Source: Gemmatimonadota bacterium
Lineage (GTDB): Bacteria > Gemmatimonadota > Gemmatimonadetes > Gemmatimonadales > GWC2-71-9
Assembly (NCBI GenBank): GCA_036679605.1
Contig: JAZDCZ010000347.1
Span: 59,751-123,750, forward strand
Length of the DNA stretch: 64,000 nt
Direction: 5' to 3'
Position 1 is the stretch's first letter. Each line of letters opens with the position of its first letter. Of the stretch, positions 51,093-61,623 are shown in pieces. The notes below the pieces were generated by a model. It was not told the DNA's origin. It searched no databases and saw only the letters and a program-made list of their open reading frames with translations. The position numbers and the translations under genes were made by a program.

Positions 51093-52625
51093 CTAGCGCG
51101 ACTCCGTGCCGGTCGACTTACTCCCACCGCGGTAATAGACCGGGTGTTCGGGCAACCGGTCGATGTCGATGACGACTCCTTCCTTCAACACGGTGTCAAG
51201 TTTGCGAATGTTGTGAATGTCCAAGAGAGGGTTCTCTACGAGAATGAGTAGATCGGCGAACTTGCCTACCTCGACCGTTCCGAAATCATCGAGCCGCTTG
51301 CTGGCAATAGCGCCGTTCTTTGTTGCCGCGACAATTGCCTGCATCGGAGTCATTCCCAATTCCACTAGACCCTCGATCGCGATGATGCTGCCTATACCGT
51401 GATCTTGATTCTCGGGTTTGGGACCGCGTGCGAATTCCGGAGCGGCGTTACGGTAATTGTCGGTTCCTATCGTGGTAATGCACCCAGCACTTATCAACTT
51501 CTCCGCGTTGTGCCGACGTGTATCCATGTTCGAGCCCAGCGCGCTCCTCTCACGGCGCTGCTCGGCCGATGTCTTGTCTCGGGCCTCCGCCACACCTTGA
51601 TGCCCAGTAAGAGCAAGTTTTCCTGCCCCCGCCTCCGCCTCTTTCCTGAGTTTGAGGTGCTCCTGCCAAACCTTGCCGGTAATCGTGTTGGTAAGCATCG
51701 AGCAGATGATGCCCCGATCAACAATCATCTGAGCCAGATCATCAGGCATTTCACGCGGACTCAAGATTTCCGGATGCTGTATGACATCGATCCCTGCCTC
51801 TATAGCAAGCCTCAAGCCCTCGATGCTCGTCGCGTGCGTTTCCGCGAAACGGCCGCGCTTGTGCGTCTCCTCGACCATCGCCCTCTGCTGAGCCGGCGAG
51901 AACCCGATAAGCACAGGGCGACCGAAGTGCGCTGTCCCCCCATACTTGATGAAGTCGGGCCCCTTGTCGAGGTACGCATTGATAGCTTCACGTAACTCGT
52001 CAGGCGTGAGATCTACCAGTTCTTCACCTGCGCCCTGACTGATCAGATCATTCATCCGCTCCTGGAAGCGTGTGAGGTTTTGCTCAGGTATGAGACTGAA
52101 GGTGAGAGAGAACGGCCCGCCCCAACCGACGATGTTGCCGGCCACGAGCATCCTAGAACCGACCTCATCGCCGCGCTCGATCGCGTCTCTGATCCGAATG
52201 AGTGGCGGTAGGACTCCGTAGCTGTCCCGCACCGAGGTCACGCCATATTTGAGTTCCAACTGTGCGGCTTCAAGTACGATCTCATGCTGACGATGTTCGT
52301 ATCTCACCAGCGTTTCATAACGCTCGTTGGTGTTTCCGCCATACAGCGAGAAGTGCACGTTTGTATCTATGAAACCTGGTGTCACATATTTACCGTTCGC
52401 GTCGATGATTAGCGCATCGCTCGGAACAGTGACATCCCCTCGGCGCCCGACCGCCGTAATCCGTTTGCCGGACACTATGACCACGGCATCTGTCACAGGC
52501 GCGCCACCATTGCCATCGATGAGCGTCCCACCGACGATGGCTGTGGGGCGCCTTTGAGCCGTGGCGACGGCCGATAGTGCCGCGAGAAATACCACGGCAA
52601 CGTACAGCTGTCGTAGCCGATTCAT
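51093..52625 (-). CDS. Secreted amidohydrolase family protein
   Basis: PGFIDTNVH, GTD, GMTPMQAIVAATKNGA, GKFADLLIL. Confidence 0.88.
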   Translation of the reverse strand: MNRLRQLYVAVVFLAALSAVATAQRRPTAIVGGTLIDGNGGAPVTDAVVIVSGKRITAVGRRGDVTVPSDALIIDANGKYVTPGFIDTNVHFSLYGGNTNERYETLVRYEHRQHEIVLEAAQLELKYGVTSVRDSYGVLPPLIRIRDAIERGDEVGSRMLVAGNIVGWGGPFSLTFSLIPEQNLTRFQERMNDLISQGAGEELVDLTPDELREAINAYLDKGPDFIKYGGTAHFGRPVLIGFSPAQQRAMVEETHKRGRFAETHATSIEGLRLAIEAGIDVIQHPEILSPREMPDDLAQMIVDRGIICSMLTNTITGKVWQEHLKLRKEAEAGAGKLALTGHQGVAEARDKTSAEQRRERSALGSNMDTRRHNAEKLISAGCITTIGTDNYRNAAPEFARGPKPENQDHGIGSIIAIEGLVELGMTPMQAIVAATKNGAIASKRLDDFGTVEVGKFADLLILVENPLLDIHNIRKLDTVLKEGVVIDIDRLPEHPVYYRGGSKSTGTESR

Positions 52626-52695
52626 CTGAGTGCCTTCACTTTCATAGTCGAGTAAACCACCACCGTCCGCCTGCGTCCATTCAGATCCTCCTGGC

Positions 52696-55188
52696 TTAGC
52701 GGCGTCGACGTCCCTCGCCAATCGGGCTGCCCGGCGGTGCCGTCAAGACATCGCTTGGTGATGTGATACCCTCTGGTCGCGCTTGCCAACGCCGAATGTC
52801 GCCTAGGGCAAGCTGTTGATGAGCTGACAGTTTACCCTGTGAGGTCATCCATTCCGCCAATTCGTCGAGTTTCTGACTGAGAACGGCGCGGACTAAAGGA
52901 GTATTGCTGCCGCTGGCAGCTTCCTTCATCATGCGATCCGCAACGACACGCTGCACAGCACGATCGATCGACGCCTTGTAGCTGCTGCCCGAAGACTTTT
53001 TCTTCCACGTTGCGGCCATTACACGGTCCACTACCCAATCGAGTGAGGGATTGCTCTCATCCCTGCTATGAAACTCCACTAGCCGCGCCATGCGCTGCGG
53101 CTGGAACACAAAGCTGAGGCTCAGATCCGCAGCAGTCGACGCCACGCTCAACGCATCGAACGTCGGCCTCGTTTTCTTACTTGTGATCTCACCTGACGTC
53201 ATCCCGAAGGCTCGGGGAGGAATCATCTGAAGAATCCGCTCCGGGATCGCCAACGCATCGGCACTTATCGTTTCCAACACGGCGTCGAGAGCGGCACGCT
53301 GGCGATCAGGCGGCACTATTGTCAACGGTCGTTGCCCATCGCCTCTCATGGCAAACGTATAGTCGACACCACCGATGCTCTTGGCTGCCGCCTCGACTTG
53401 ATAACGATGGTGCAGATAGAGCGGTACAAACACTTCCTCCAGACTCGCCATCGGATCGCCACGACGAATCGCTCTCTCCGAGAATCGCGCTATGCCAATG
53501 CGCCGCACCTCCATCTCGTGACGCAACTCGGCGATCGGATCGTCTCCGTTGTCCCACAGAGCAGCCAGCGGATGAGCACCACCGGCGGGACGAGCGTCCT
53601 GATCGGTAATGAAACGCATGCCACGTGCAAGACCCTCCCGAACGATCTTCTCCAACTCAGCATGCTCATCGACACCCGCTGGAAACTGCGAGTACGCCCA
53701 CTTGACAGAAAACTTGTCCCACTCACCTATCCCCACAGCGTAGGCATCCGAAAGATCAAGTTGACCGTCGTTCACCTTGACCATGGGTGCAGGATAGTCC
53801 ATTACGCTAGCGCGACCGGCATAGGTGCTGGCGATGTAATTGTGTGCAAAGCCCAATGTGTGACCGACTTCGTGCGCGGCTAGCTGGCGTACGCGTGCCA
53901 GCGCCAGAGCAACCCCGTCGGTTCCGTCAACAACGGCCGCCAAGTAGTCTACGCTGGGCCCGCCACAGAGATCGCATGAAGCTGCGCCAGCTCCGTAAGG
54001 CGCCGTCATCCCGACACCAAGCATGAAATCTTGCTTGAGACGCAGGCTGCCGAGGTTGACGTTGCCCTTTATTATCTCACCTGTGCGCGGATCACTCACA
54101 CTACCGCCGTATGACCACCCGCGAGTGGAGCGGTGCGTCCAGTGGATCATGTTGTACCTGAGATCCATCGGGTCAGCACCGTCCGGCAGCACCTCTACAC
54201 GAAACGCATTGATGAACCCCGCTTCCTCGTATGCCTGGTTCCACCATCCCGCCCCCTCGATCAGCGCGCTGCGGATCGGCTCGGGTGTGCCTGGATCGAC
54301 ATAGTAGACAATCGGCTCGATCGGCTCGGACCTGGCGGCATTTGGATTCTTCTTCTCCAATCTGTGGCGGCGGATCCACTGCACTGCGAGTGGCTCATCG
54401 ATCGGCATGGCGTAGTCGTTGAAAGTCACGGCACCAGAACTGACCCGAGGATCGTGGCTGCGCGGCTGGTAACCGTCATCGGGCAACTCCACGAGCGAGT
54501 GGTGTTCCCGCAGCGTAACAGCGCTGCCCGTCGCGGCGGTGCTGCGTACCAGCGGTCCCGCGTCCTCGCTGGTAAACGTCAGCCACGTTTCTACCTCTGT
54601 GTTCTTCGGAAACGCCTTTGTACGCGGTAGGTAGAAGACGCTGCGACTCTTGTCGAGCTTGAACGTGCCCTGCCTGGCCCGCTTCATTGTGCGGGCGGCC
54701 CCGTGCGTATCGCGCAGGAAAAAGTCGGTCGCATCAACCAGTACACGCGCGTCTGTTTGTGCCGCTGCCTTGAAGCCCCAGAGTGTAGACGGAGCAAACG
54801 CATCCGCTACCGCCTCGACCTCTGCTTCGTTAGAGCTTCGCGCCCGGTATCTATAGTTGGGCTGAATGAGCAGCACCGTGGGTCCAACTTTGCGGGCCTT
54901 CAGTATGTATGTGTCACCCAACTGCCCGCGGTCGAGCCCAACTGGATTGCTGCCTAGCCCCGATGACAGCGATACCTGGTAGAGAAACTCCGTCTCCCAC
55001 TTGTCTATCTCCCAAAACAGCTTGCCGTTGCTCTCATCCCAGTAGAGATCAAAGTATCCGGCAAGATGGGTCATACCCTCTGTCTTTCCGGCTATTGAGG
55101 GCAGCGCATCTTCCTGTTTCTGAGCTGCTGCCGCTGGTCCAACAACACTCAGTGTCATTAACGCAGCAAGAGTACATACACACTTCAT
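52696..55188 (-). CDS. Secreted zinc-dependent metalloprotease (DUF5117/DUF4953 type)
   Basis: HEVGHTLGFAH zinc motif, SVMDYP Met-turn, DPRTGEIIKG. Confidence 0.9.
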   Translation of the reverse strand: MKCVCTLAALMTLSVVGPAAAAQKQEDALPSIAGKTEGMTHLAGYFDLYWDESNGKLFWEIDKWETEFLYQVSLSSGLGSNPVGLDRGQLGDTYILKARKVGPTVLLIQPNYRYRARSSNEAEVEAVADAFAPSTLWGFKAAAQTDARVLVDATDFFLRDTHGAARTMKRARQGTFKLDKSRSVFYLPRTKAFPKNTEVETWLTFTSEDAGPLVRSTAATGSAVTLREHHSLVELPDDGYQPRSHDPRVSSGAVTFNDYAMPIDEPLAVQWIRRHRLEKKNPNAARSEPIEPIVYYVDPGTPEPIRSALIEGAGWWNQAYEEAGFINAFRVEVLPDGADPMDLRYNMIHWTHRSTRGWSYGGSVSDPRTGEIIKGNVNLGSLRLKQDFMLGVGMTAPYGAGAASCDLCGGPSVDYLAAVVDGTDGVALALARVRQLAAHEVGHTLGFAHNYIASTYAGRASVMDYPAPMVKVNDGQLDLSDAYAVGIGEWDKFSVKWAYSQFPAGVDEHAELEKIVREGLARGMRFITDQDARPAGGAHPLAALWDNGDDPIAELRHEMEVRRIGIARFSERAIRRGDPMASLEEVFVPLYLHHRYQVEAAAKSIGGVDYTFAMRGDGQRPLTIVPPDRQRAALDAVLETISADALAIPERILQMIPPRAFGMTSGEITSKKTRPTFDALSVASTAADLSLSFVFQPQRMARLVEFHSRDESNPSLDWVVDRVMAATWKKKSSGSSYKASIDRAVQRVVADRMMKEAASGSNTPLVRAVLSQKLDELAEWMTSQGKLSAHQQLALGDIRRWQARPEGITSPSDVLTAPPGSPIGEGRRRR

Positions 55189-55338
55189 TTGATCCTCCGG
55201 CAATCGGGAGTTGAACAATGTGACCAAGGCCTTTCCAGACACGCGACGACCCTAGTACAAGGCGTCAGGAGGTTGGCGAGCGGGGAATGCTGACTTACTA
55301 GAATCTCTGAATCGCGCTGTGTGTCGGATAACCCCGCT

Positions 55339-55839
55339 CTACTCAAACGGATTCTCGTCGGCAGTCGGCCCGTATACTGACGGTAAAGGAATATCTAGCA
55401 GTCGCAAATACACGGTCAGCTGGCCTCGATGATGGTACCAGTGATTCAACATGATTGCGCGGACCAACGCGATGCGCGGCATGACCATGAGTTCCTTGTC
55501 ACCATCAACGACCTTCCACGTTCCCATGGCTGACTCGTCGTCCATGGTGCTCAGAAGGGACTTGGCCTCGACTATGCTCTTGTCATGCACCGCTAATATC
55601 TCTGCGGTCGTCGCCACCTCCGGCGGTGACTTGAACTCGGACACAGGCATCTCGTCCAACATCGCTATCTTTGCGATTTCACCCGGAGTGTCTGCAACGT
55701 GCAGCGCCAGGCGTCCCAGGGTCATTGATTTTTCGTGTGGCTTCCAATCGAACTTGCCGTCCGGCACTCGCTCAAGGACCCGTCGCGTAGTTGCGCCTTC
55801 CTGCTCCAATTCAGCAATCAGCGGTTCGAGCATACTCAT
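55339..55839 (-). CDS. DinB family protein
   Basis: WKPHEKSMTLGRLALH; NHWYHHRGQLTVYLR. Confidence 0.9.
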   Translation of the reverse strand: MSMLEPLIAELEQEGATTRRVLERVPDGKFDWKPHEKSMTLGRLALHVADTPGEIAKIAMLDEMPVSEFKSPPEVATTAEILAVHDKSIVEAKSLLSTMDDESAMGTWKVVDGDKELMVMPRIALVRAIMLNHWYHHRGQLTVYLRLLDIPLPSVYGPTADENPFE

Positions 55840-55960
55840 CGCCGTTCACCCACCTTTCATTGCAGTCATAAGTCTAATTCAGATGAAAACTTGGTCCGAT
55901 TGCCCAGCCTGGGCGGGCACCAGTGCCGGCACCCGCCCTCTTGCGCCTGCTAACCCGATT

Positions 55961-57448
55961 TCAAGATGCCGAACGATCGCTGGTCCACTGATCAACAGCC
56001 CTTGCAGCGGCGTCCTTCGCCCCCATACCGAACGCGATCGCCGCAGCAACTGCTATCGCGCCGAGTATCAGAGTGAACGCCAACCGGACTATGTCTTGCG
56101 CTACGCCGGTTTGCTCTAGGGCCATTGCCGTAGCGAGCCCGATGATGGCTACACGCGCGGCTGAGCAGTAGAGAACGCCCCAACGTCCGCCTCTTGGGAT
56201 CGAATTGTAGGCAAGATTACCCAGGTACAAGCCCACGCCAAAGATCGCCATTCCAAGTAGCAGGTGCGCGCCGAACTCAAAGAACTGCGTCGCCAAGGCG
56301 GCAAGCGAGCCGAAACCAAGTAGGTTGGCTGCTTCTATGGCCGCCATCAATACAATAGCTACTAGTGTCAAGTATCCAACGATCTCCGATGGCGTGCGAC
56401 GTTCACCGCCTGCAGTCGCGACCTCCAAGCCCAACTTGTCAAACAGCTTGTCGAAACCGACTCCTGTCAAGACGTTGGTCACCAACCCGGAGATGATCTT
56501 GCCCACGAGGTATGCCACGCCGAGCACGACTGCCGCTCCAAAAACGAGCGGGATCGCGTTCATTAGCTGACTTAGCATGGTGGTGGCCGGCCTACTGATA
56601 CTCTCGACTTGCAGCGCGTCGAGTGCCGCAATCGTCGCGGGAATAATCACTAAAGTGTACGCCAGAAGACCTACCACCGCGGACAGACGACGCGGACCGG
56701 CATCGGCACCCATTCCCGCCCTTTCCCCGAGCTTGTCGAGCCCTACGGCTGTTAACAAAGCGGTGACTATCTGCCGAACTATCTTTGCTATGAACCATCC
56801 AATCACCAGGATCAGACCCGCCCCCAGAATGTTGGGGAGCATCCCGAACAAGTCGTCGAACATGCTCTGCAGCGGCGCAAGTAGTCCTTGCAACTCCAGA
56901 ACGCCCATTACCGCAGGGAGGAACAGTAGCAGCGGCAACCAGAAGGCAATGTCACCCAAAGTTTGGCTAAGTGGTTTCTCCACCTCGATGCCGGCACTCT
57001 CCATCACGCGCTTGTCGAGTTTCGTCTTGAAGAGCGCCTTCGAAACCACGAGTCGCAGCAGTGATCCGATCCCCCACGCTACGGCGAGTAGGACTGCGGC
57101 TCCGATCAACTGGGGTATTTTGTCGGTGAACTTCTGCAGCATGCTGTCCAGCGGTCCACTCAACGCGGTTAGCTGTAGGGCCCGGAGCGCAAATGCCAGC
57201 ACAACCGCCATGAGTACGTAGAAGATGACGCGCCCAGCCCAGGTCCCCACCTGCAGGGTCTTAGCGGCCTCCGTATCCAAAGCCTCCGAGACTTGTTTGC
57301 TGCCTAGCACCCGGTTTAGCGCGCGGCGTATGAGTCCGGAAACGACCAGAGCCAGGATCCACCCCCCTACTAGAATCGCGATAGCCAACAGCACGTTGGG
57401 GAGGTAGTCACCAACCTGGTCAATGAGTTTGGTGATCACATCTTTCAT
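55961..57448 (-). CDS. Conserved TM-helix repeat / mechanosensitive channel-like (CmpX-type) membrane protein
   Basis: Repeated LPN(V/I)L.A..IL..GW units; AAAIAFGMG.KD.A C-terminus. Confidence 0.82.
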   Translation of the reverse strand: MKDVITKLIDQVGDYLPNVLLAIAILVGGWILALVVSGLIRRALNRVLGSKQVSEALDTEAAKTLQVGTWAGRVIFYVLMAVVLAFALRALQLTALSGPLDSMLQKFTDKIPQLIGAAVLLAVAWGIGSLLRLVVSKALFKTKLDKRVMESAGIEVEKPLSQTLGDIAFWLPLLLFLPAVMGVLELQGLLAPLQSMFDDLFGMLPNILGAGLILVIGWFIAKIVRQIVTALLTAVGLDKLGERAGMGADAGPRRLSAVVGLLAYTLVIIPATIAALDALQVESISRPATTMLSQLMNAIPLVFGAAVVLGVAYLVGKIISGLVTNVLTGVGFDKLFDKLGLEVATAGGERRTPSEIVGYLTLVAIVLMAAIEAANLLGFGSLAALATQFFEFGAHLLLGMAIFGVGLYLGNLAYNSIPRGGRWGVLYCSAARVAIIGLATAMALEQTGVAQDIVRLAFTLILGAIAVAAAIAFGMGAKDAAARAVDQWTSDRSAS

Positions 57449-57602
57449 GACAGCACCCCCTGCTCGAGAATTTGGAGACGCCCATAAGATGTGGCGTCGG
57501 CCCAGAGATGGCGAGGGGGCACCTGAGGCGGCCCAGAATCGTTTCTTCGGACGCGGATTTGCCTCAAATCGGGAGACTTACCGTCATCCGCACCAGAGAC
57601 CC

Positions 57603-59870
57603 CTAGCGCACTAGATCGAACTGCCGCGTGAACTTGATTATGAACGTTCGATCCAGCGGTCCAGTAGGTGATATGGTTCGCTGAACTTCGTTGTAAACCA
57701 GGAACAGGCCCGTGCCTGCAGTGTCCAGCCAACCAAAGCGGACGTTGGCAGATAGATCGTCGCTCTGGTTGTTGTACTGCAACAGAGTCTGCACGAAGAT
57801 CCTGGGGGTAAAGGAATACGCCACCCGCAGACCGACCAGGGCTGTCTGGAAATCTCCCTCTCCGAGATTGATGTCATCGAAACCCAGACGCAGGGACGTC
57901 GCCCAAGTGGTTCCAGTACGGGCGTTGAGAGATCCCGAGACGCTTCTGCGGTGACCCGAGAAGAATCCACCGATCGTGACTGTGCCGTCGAAAGACACCG
58001 GAGCGCTCAGATCAGAGTTGAATCGCCACAGAGTTTCGATGTTGTCGTAGGTATCCGGGGCGACAGCGATGCTGTCGGTTATCTGGAATGGTACTCTCAG
58101 ACCTTCTCTCGTCAGATTCACAGCAGTCGATAGTGCAGCACCGCTCGAGAACTCCGTCGAATTGTCAAAATGCAGAAACCTGGTCTCATTGAATCCGTTG
58201 AAGTCGAAGAAATTTCTGATCATGACATGGGGTCTGAACTCTCGGATCCACTGAAGTCCAGAAGGTCGAATCTGTCTTTGTAAGCGGCCGATAAAGAGGC
58301 GATAGTCCTTCCTGGGTAGAAAGCCGACCTCCGGGTTGAACTCTCCACCTACCTCGCGAAACTGTACTGCTGCACTCCAGTTCCGGGTCGAGTAGGTGCC
58401 GGAGAACGAGGTGGCGTGCCTACGACCGCTGTCGCCCGGAGTACTCGTTCTGGCGGTGTAGGCGTCGAAATCGATCGCATCACCGATCCCCCACCGTCCA
58501 TCCAGTGCATACGTAACGTTGTAATCGTCAGTGCTATCGGTGTTGAGTCGACTTACAACCATTGCGCCTACTCGCGACCGGTTGGGCAGCTCGCGTAGAA
58601 CTCGGCCGACTGAAAAGCTGTTCGCAGGAACGCCATCTCGGCCTACGCTCTCGGTTTCGATGTTCATGAGGCCCAGTGTCATCCCGCCAGCTTTACCGGT
58701 CAGTCTGCCGCCTCCGAGGATCGGGACGGGTGCACCACCGTCGGAAATGCCGATCTTTCGACTGAAAAATAGATCTAGCCCCAAGTCGGTTCCCGCGCGG
58801 GGATTCCCGACCGAAAAGGTTCCTGCGTTCTCCAGAAAGAACGGACGTTTCTCGGGGAAGAAGAGATTGAACCGCGTGAGATTTATTTGCTGCTCATCTA
58901 CCTCGACCTGCGCGAAGTCGGTGTTGTACGTGAGGTCTAACAAGAGGCTCGGCGTGAGTCCTATCTTAGCATCGCCACCTAACTCCGCGCCCACGTCCGT
59001 TGGAGTCGAGGCAACGAAGTCGCGCTGCACTGAACTCAACCAAAACGGCGTTACTCTAACCGTTCGCTTACTCGGTGCCTCTAAGCCCTCGAGAGTCCCC
59101 GCCTCCGAGACCCGATAAACTGTGTATTGGCGCGCGATCGGGGCCCAAAACATTTCCTCGTTGCGACGCCTTACAATGCGGGAAATATTCATCCCCCACA
59201 GTTGGCGGCCCCCGTGAGCATAGCTCAAGGTTGAGAACGGTATGCGAAACTCCGCGTACCAGCCGTTCTCGTCCACGGATGTGGCAACCTCAAAACTGCC
59301 ATCCCAGTTGAGATTGAACCCGCCACCCGAACCACTTTGAGTTCGCCTGCTGGTTGGCAAGCCGCCCTGGCCTTCCTTAGTAACCTGTCCATCGTATTCT
59401 ATTCCAGCCGGCGTCGTCCCAAAGACAAACGCGTTCTGACGATCGCGGTACGTATCGAGTACGAGCAACAAGGCATCGGTGTCGCGGATGTTCGCATCTC
59501 GGCGGGTTTCGCCGACCACAATACGACTCGGGTCACTGTCGAACATTCTTCCGGCGATATAAACGGCATTGTCGTCGTATAGGATTAGGATTTCGGTGCG
59601 CTCGGTCGGGGCTCGACCCTCAAACGGCTCGTGCTGTACAAAACCTGAGATCACCGGCGCCAGCTTCCATTCCGGTTCATCCAAACGTCCATCCATCGTC
59701 GGCGGACGTGCGGTCCGGATAGCCCGAGCGGATGGCGTCTTTGCCAACTCAGAGGTCGCGGTCTGCGAAGCAAGAGTCGCGGTAACGAATACCGAGAAGC
59801 TGCATGCTGCCAACAGCACCATGCCCACTCTGAATTGATGGATTACGCGATCATGTTTGGTACTCTCCAC
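57603..59870 (-). CDS. CBM9-like + DUF5916 outer-membrane protein
   Basis: DGRLDEPEW, W.AEFRIPFSTL, NTDFAQVEVD..INLTRF.LFFPEKRPFFLE. Confidence 0.85.
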   Translation of the reverse strand: MESTKHDRVIHQFRVGMVLLAACSFSVFVTATLASQTATSELAKTPSARAIRTARPPTMDGRLDEPEWKLAPVISGFVQHEPFEGRAPTERTEILILYDDNAVYIAGRMFDSDPSRIVVGETRRDANIRDTDALLLVLDTYRDRQNAFVFGTTPAGIEYDGQVTKEGQGGLPTSRRTQSGSGGGFNLNWDGSFEVATSVDENGWYAEFRIPFSTLSYAHGGRQLWGMNISRIVRRRNEEMFWAPIARQYTVYRVSEAGTLEGLEAPSKRTVRVTPFWLSSVQRDFVASTPTDVGAELGGDAKIGLTPSLLLDLTYNTDFAQVEVDEQQINLTRFNLFFPEKRPFFLENAGTFSVGNPRAGTDLGLDLFFSRKIGISDGGAPVPILGGGRLTGKAGGMTLGLMNIETESVGRDGVPANSFSVGRVLRELPNRSRVGAMVVSRLNTDSTDDYNVTYALDGRWGIGDAIDFDAYTARTSTPGDSGRRHATSFSGTYSTRNWSAAVQFREVGGEFNPEVGFLPRKDYRLFIGRLQRQIRPSGLQWIREFRPHVMIRNFFDFNGFNETRFLHFDNSTEFSSGAALSTAVNLTREGLRVPFQITDSIAVAPDTYDNIETLWRFNSDLSAPVSFDGTVTIGGFFSGHRRSVSGSLNARTGTTWATSLRLGFDDINLGEGDFQTALVGLRVAYSFTPRIFVQTLLQYNNQSDDLSANVRFGWLDTAGTGLFLVYNEVQRTISPTGPLDRTFIIKFTRQFDLVR

Positions 59871-59872
59871 GT

Positions 59873-60859
59873 TTACCTTCGTGCTTCACGCACGATTCGC
59901 GCTATAGATGACGAGTCCGCACTAAGTAGACCCACGGACGGCAGTCTCCAAAGCAGCTCTATCCAACTCTGGTCTTGTTGGAAGGCCCGGCGAAAAAGAG
60001 GGATGGCCTCGTCGGTCCGGCCCATGTCTGCCAGGGTCACGGCCTGCCAGTATATCAACTCGCCGTTGGTTGCGCTGTCCGGCAAAATCTTTGCCGCCCG
60101 GCCGTACGCCGCAATCGCCGAGTCTATTTTGCCGGCCGTGACGAAATCGTCGCCCGCCGTGGCAGAACGGTAAGCGCGGGCCACGCGTAGCAGTCGCGCG
60201 AGTTCTTCAAGAGGATGCGGTGAGTCGTCAACTCTGAGATCATAGATCTTTTCCCAAGCTGGAGTGCTCGGGTCGCCGCTCACCACGATGAGGGCGGCCG
60301 ACTGTTTTCCCCTAATGTCACCGCCGGCATCCTGCGCCGCTTCGAGCGCGGCTAGCAATCGCTGGGCCAAGCTCCCCCTGGTTCGCTCATATGCCCGGGC
60401 CATCGCCGGCCATACCCGGTCACTGCGCATGAGATTTGCCTGCACCGAATACCTCGACCCAACATGTTGGCCGGCTGCGGGAATGTCGCGCGACCCCGTG
60501 TGGGCGGCGACGCGCCCAGACGCGTCTATCATCGCAACCTGCCGGACCTGACTGTCCGGATCGGTTCTGAGCAGGGCAGCCAAGGCTGCAGGCGCTGCCA
60601 CACCAGTTCGCATCAGGTAGAGCCCACGTGGTCCGTAGCCGGCATCAACGAACGATTGAGTTGCCACCGCACCAACGCCGGGCTCCGCCCATGGTACGAT
60701 ACTCCCCACGTTGAACCAATGAGACTGCACCGCAACACCGATCTCTCCGGTGGCTGAATCGACGGCTACAATCGAGAAAGTATGGACTGGTCTGGTAAGT
60801 GCACGATCCTGGCCAAGCAGAGGCGTGGCCGAGAGACAGACTAGCAAGACAAACCGCAT
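59873..60859 (-). CDS. DUF1028 (Ntn-hydrolase-like) protein with TPR
   Basis: TFSIVAVD..GVAVQSH, GAVATQS, GGDIRGKQSAA, DLRVDD. Confidence 0.88.
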   Translation of the reverse strand: MRFVLLVCLSATPLLGQDRALTRPVHTFSIVAVDSATGEIGVAVQSHWFNVGSIVPWAEPGVGAVATQSFVDAGYGPRGLYLMRTGVAAPAALAALLRTDPDSQVRQVAMIDASGRVAAHTGSRDIPAAGQHVGSRYSVQANLMRSDRVWPAMARAYERTRGSLAQRLLAALEAAQDAGGDIRGKQSAALIVVSGDPSTPAWEKIYDLRVDDSPHPLEELARLLRVARAYRSATAGDDFVTAGKIDSAIAAYGRAAKILPDSATNGELIYWQAVTLADMGRTDEAIPLFRRAFQQDQSWIELLWRLPSVGLLSADSSSIARIVREARR

Positions 60860-61031
60860 CGCTGGTTCCTTTCGTGATTGCTGTGGTGAGTTCCTAATAA
60901 TGCCACGGTCGGTGTTCGCGCGTCAGGGGCAGGGTGGCAGTGACCGCCCAGCGGTTGCGTTCTTTCGAACTCATGAGCAAAGTTAACGAGTTACAGTGCG
61001 CAACCTCATCGCTTAGCTTCGGGACCACTAC

Positions 61032-61622
61032 ATGAGTGATTCAAACACCTCACGGCGCGACTTCTTGGTAACGTCCAGCCAAATGCTGGAAGGTGCCTGG
61101 ATTGCTCTGAACCTTCCGGCCATACAGGAGACCGCAGCCTACGCGCGCTCTGCAGTCCGACAGCACCCACCTTTTGAGATTCTCACCGAGCATGAAGCCA
61201 GAGAAATAGAGGCCATCGCGTCCCAGATCATTCCCAGTGATGACACGCCAGGGGCACGCGAAGCTGGTGCGGTCTACTTCATCGACCGCGCGCTAGGCTC
61301 ATTCTCCGGGGGTTCCCTCAAGGAAATACGATCCGGGCTCAGTGGTCTCAGATTGATGGTCGGGGCGAAATTCCCCGGCACCGACGCATTCTCCGACCTC
61401 GAGTTCGACGATCAGACGGCCCTACTCCAAGAAATCGAGAACACCGATTTCTTCTCCGCGGTACGGGCCCTCACTATCACGGGTACATTTGCGCACCCGG
61501 ACCAGGGAGGCAACCGCGACGAGATCGGTTGGAAGATCCTCCGTTTCGATAGCAGCCCTACTTTCCAACCTCCGTTTGGTTACTACGATCGAGAGTACAC
61601 CGACGGTCAAGTGCGAGAATAA
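61032..61622 (+). CDS. Gluconate 2-dehydrogenase subunit 3 family (Tat-exported)
   Basis: SRRDFL Tat motif; IIPSDDTPGAREAG...FID; GGNRD..GW. Confidence 0.85.
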   Translation: MSDSNTSRRDFLVTSSQMLEGAWIALNLPAIQETAAYARSAVRQHPPFEILTEHEAREIEAIASQIIPSDDTPGAREAGAVYFIDRALGSFSGGSLKEIRSGLSGLRLMVGAKFPGTDAFSDLEFDDQTALLQEIENTDFFSAVRALTITGTFAHPDQGGNRDEIGWKILRFDSSPTFQPPFGYYDREYTDGQVRE

Positions 61623-61623
61623 C